A DNA stretch of 64,000 nt, from positions 3,680,001-3,744,000 of the forward strand of contig OY762463.1 in the NCBI GenBank assembly GCA_963665815.1, in the 5' to 3' direction. The position numbers and the translations under genes were made by a program. Shown in pieces: positions 61,809 through 64,000 of the stretch. Each line of letters starts with the position of its first letter. Positions within the stretch are counted from its first letter, which is position 1. Under the pieces are notes generated by a model, which saw only the letters and a program-made list of their open reading frames with translations, was not told where the DNA came from and ran no database searches. The stretch is from Candidatus Cloacimonadales bacterium. GTDB taxonomy: Bacteria; Cloacimonadota; Cloacimonadia; Cloacimonadales; JAIOQZ01.

Positions 61809-62498
61809 GTGCCTGTGAAACCTAACATTATAGTTGTTGATGATGAGGCACTTATAAGGGATGTGCTTGTAGACTTCCTTTCCAGAAACGGTTACAAAAC
61901 ATTTATTGCTTCCAATGGCGAACAGGGGTTGGATATTATCCGTAAAGAAGATATTCAATTTGCTCTTGTTGATGTTAAAATGGAAGGTATGAACGGTATA
62001 GAACTGACAAAACAGATTAAGAAACACAAACCTTCTGTTAATGTTATCATTATTACCGGATATCCAAGTCTTGAAACAGCTGTTAATGCACTGAAATCAG
62101 GGGCTTCCGAGTATATAATAAAACCTTTTAAGCTTGAGGAAATAGATAAAATAATAAGAGCAAAGATGTATGAAAATGATGTTTCTTATGAGAATATGAA
62201 GCTTAAATCCCGAATCAAGGAACTCGAAAGCAGACTTGATGATCGTGCTGATTTACCAGAAAAGGCATTAGAAGAAAATAAAAATTATAATTCAGGTCTT
62301 TTTGAAGTTAAAGCCAGAACAGAAAACCAGTCTCGCAGTGATATGTCAACAGCTTCACAGAAATACAGCGATAATACTCTGAATACTCAGACATTACGGT
62401 TAAGAGAGAAGCTTAGAAAGCTTGATCAACTTCTGGCAGAAGGTATTTTAACAGAGAAGGAATATAAACAGAAGAAAAACGAATTTCTGAAAGGATAA
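61809..62498 (+). CDS. Response regulator with coiled coil and C-terminal SHOCT-like domain
   Basis: IIVVDDE, DVKMEGMNG, ITGYPS, IKPF; EKLRKLDQLLAEGILTEKEYKQKKNEFL. Confidence 0.8.
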   Translation: MPVKPNIIVVDDEALIRDVLVDFLSRNGYKTFIASNGEQGLDIIRKEDIQFALVDVKMEGMNGIELTKQIKKHKPSVNVIIITGYPSLETAVNALKSGASEYIIKPFKLEEIDKIIRAKMYENDVSYENMKLKSRIKELESRLDDRADLPEKALEENKNYNSGLFEVKARTENQSRSDMSTASQKYSDNTLNTQTLRLREKLRKLDQLLAEGILTEKEYKQKKNEFLKG

Positions 62499-62499
62499 C

Positions 62500-63798
62500 A
62501 TGTCAAAGCAAGATATTCGTGAATTAACATCGGCATTTAAGGATTTTAACTCAATAATAGAGAAATTTGAAGCTACATATGCCATGCTTCAGATGAAAAT
62601 AGAAAATCTCTCTACTCAGCTCGAACATAAAAATAATGAACTTGAACTGAAAATTGCAGAAAGCGATACAATAAAAACTTTCCTAAATGGTATTCTTGAA
62701 AGTATACATACCGGAGTAATTGTTCTGGATAATACCGGAATTATCACAATATTCAACAAAGCTGCTGAAGATATAACTAACCTGCGTAAAGAAGATGTTG
62801 TCGGAAGTAATTACAAGGAAATTTTCCCTGAGCAGAATATAAGAAATAAAACCGCTTTGTATACTCTGACTACCAGCAAAGAAATATTCCATCAGCATAG
62901 AATTGTAGTTGTTGATGATAAAAGAAAAGATATAGAGTTCAGTACTGCAATTGTTAAGGATAAAACAGGGACTCCTCTTGGTATTGTGGAAGCAATTAAT
63001 GATGTATCCGAACTCAGAAAACTTCAATCCAGAATAAACCATATTGAAACTCTTGCTGCTCTTGGAGAAATGGCTGCGAGTGTAGCTCATGAAATAAGAA
63101 ATCCTCTGGGTGGTATTGGTGGATTTGCCGGATTGCTGAACAGACAGATTGAAGAAGGAGATTCCCGTAAAAAACTGGTAGAGCCGATAATTACCGGAGT
63201 AGATAGACTTAACAATATTGTTAATAATTTGTTGACTTTTACCCGACCACAGAAACTGAATGTACAGAAAGTAAAATTAACTGATGTTCTGGATAAAACA
63301 ATTGAATTATTCAGGATGAGTGTAAGTGATTCAGGGAAGAATATTGACATTATAGAAGATGTTTCTGAATCTGAAATACATGTATTTCTGGATGTCCATC
63401 TTTTCCAGCAGATTTTGATGAATATTCTTAAAAATGCGTATGATGCAGTTGAGGAAGGTGGAAAGGTATCAATAACACTTAATGCAAATGAACCGGAGAA
63501 GTTCAGTGATCTTCTTGAAGACGAAGAAAAAGAAGAATTGCTAAGGCTGTTCAGTACAGTCGAAATTGACATAACAGATAATGGAATCGGTATATCCGAA
63601 GAAAATATAAAGAAATTGTTTAATCCTTTTTTCACAACAAAGGAATCCGGTAATGGGCTTGGATTGGCGATTTGTCAGAAAATTGTCCAGCTGCACAGAG
63701 GAGATATCTCTGTGAAATCTCAACCAGAAGTCGGAACAACCTTTACAATAACATTACCCTTAAACGAGACTTATGAAGAAGAAAATATTAATTGTTGA
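62500..63798 (+). CDS. PAS-domain sensor histidine kinase (NtrB/FleS-like, cytoplasmic)
   Basis: Coiled coil, PAS (FNKAAE), LGEMAASVAHEIRNPLGG, NILKNA, DNGIGI, FNPFFTTK, GNGLGL. Confidence 0.92.
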   Translation: MSKQDIRELTSAFKDFNSIIEKFEATYAMLQMKIENLSTQLEHKNNELELKIAESDTIKTFLNGILESIHTGVIVLDNTGIITIFNKAAEDITNLRKEDVVGSNYKEIFPEQNIRNKTALYTLTTSKEIFHQHRIVVVDDKRKDIEFSTAIVKDKTGTPLGIVEAINDVSELRKLQSRINHIETLAALGEMAASVAHEIRNPLGGIGGFAGLLNRQIEEGDSRKKLVEPIITGVDRLNNIVNNLLTFTRPQKLNVQKVKLTDVLDKTIELFRMSVSDSGKNIDIIEDVSESEIHVFLDVHLFQQILMNILKNAYDAVEEGGKVSITLNANEPEKFSDLLEDEEKEELLRLFSTVEIDITDNGIGISEENIKKLFNPFFTTKESGNGLGLAICQKIVQLHRGDISVKSQPEVGTTFTITLPLNETYEEENINC

Positions 63799-64000
63799 TG
63801 ATGAACCATTAATCAGGAGTTTTATAAGCAGCTATTTTGAGACCTCAGCAGAGTACTCTCAGTGCAATATAGACGTTGCTGTTAATGGAGAAGAGGCGAT
63901 AGCCAGAATAAAAGAAAAAGAATATGACCTGATTTTTACAGATTTGAAAATGCCTGGTAAAAGTGGATTAGATGTAATTAAATTTGCGACAGAGAATTCA
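63773..64000 (+). CDS. Response regulator (receiver domain only visible; probably NtrC/FleR-type), partial
   Basis: Not in the ORF track. MKKKILIVDDEPLIRSF...YDLIFTDLKMPGKSGLDV runs off the window end and overlaps the kinase 3' end. Confidence 0.85.
   Translation, partial: MKKKILIVDDEPLIRSFISSYFETSAEYSQCNIDVAVNGEEAIARIKEKEYDLIFTDLKMPGKSGLDVIKFATENS

Overview
AT-rich bacterial chromosomal DNA, probably from a non-Bacteroidota FCB lineage such as Cloacimonadota. This is an inference from three intact secreted proteins ending in a YPNPFNP...SGxYF...LK C-terminal sorting domain (CTD) and from a gingipain-like C25 peptidase. The core genes are an ABC-F ATPase, sugar enzymes, rlmD, rocD, surE-pcm, an EndoQ-like nuclease, aminopeptidase P, coaD, fused secDF and uvrA. 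Accessory content includes two convergent MBOAT/SGNH O-acylation pairs, beta-propeller proteins, a CPA2 antiporter with a PtsN-PII fusion, and the start of a HDOD/CheY/CheZ/two-component cluster. No rRNA, tRNA, CRISPR array, transposase, integrase or reverse transcriptase was recognised. The most notable observations are: (1) a probable arginine synthetase (ArcE-type) next to carbamate kinase; (2) two remnants of CTD-tagged genes, one a 42/43-nt copy of another gene's 3' end 26 kb away; (3) a hairpin-bracketed small Cys-motif secreted protein followed by a beta-propeller and a CxxC protein; (4) matching sigma-54 promoters on the two largest secreted proteins, one with a ~350-nt three-hairpin leader; (5) an orphan six-hairpin intergenic region between two terminators; (6) a CheZ-like protein with four copies of its C-terminal helix motif. 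All family assignments come from motif recognition by eye, with no database searches.
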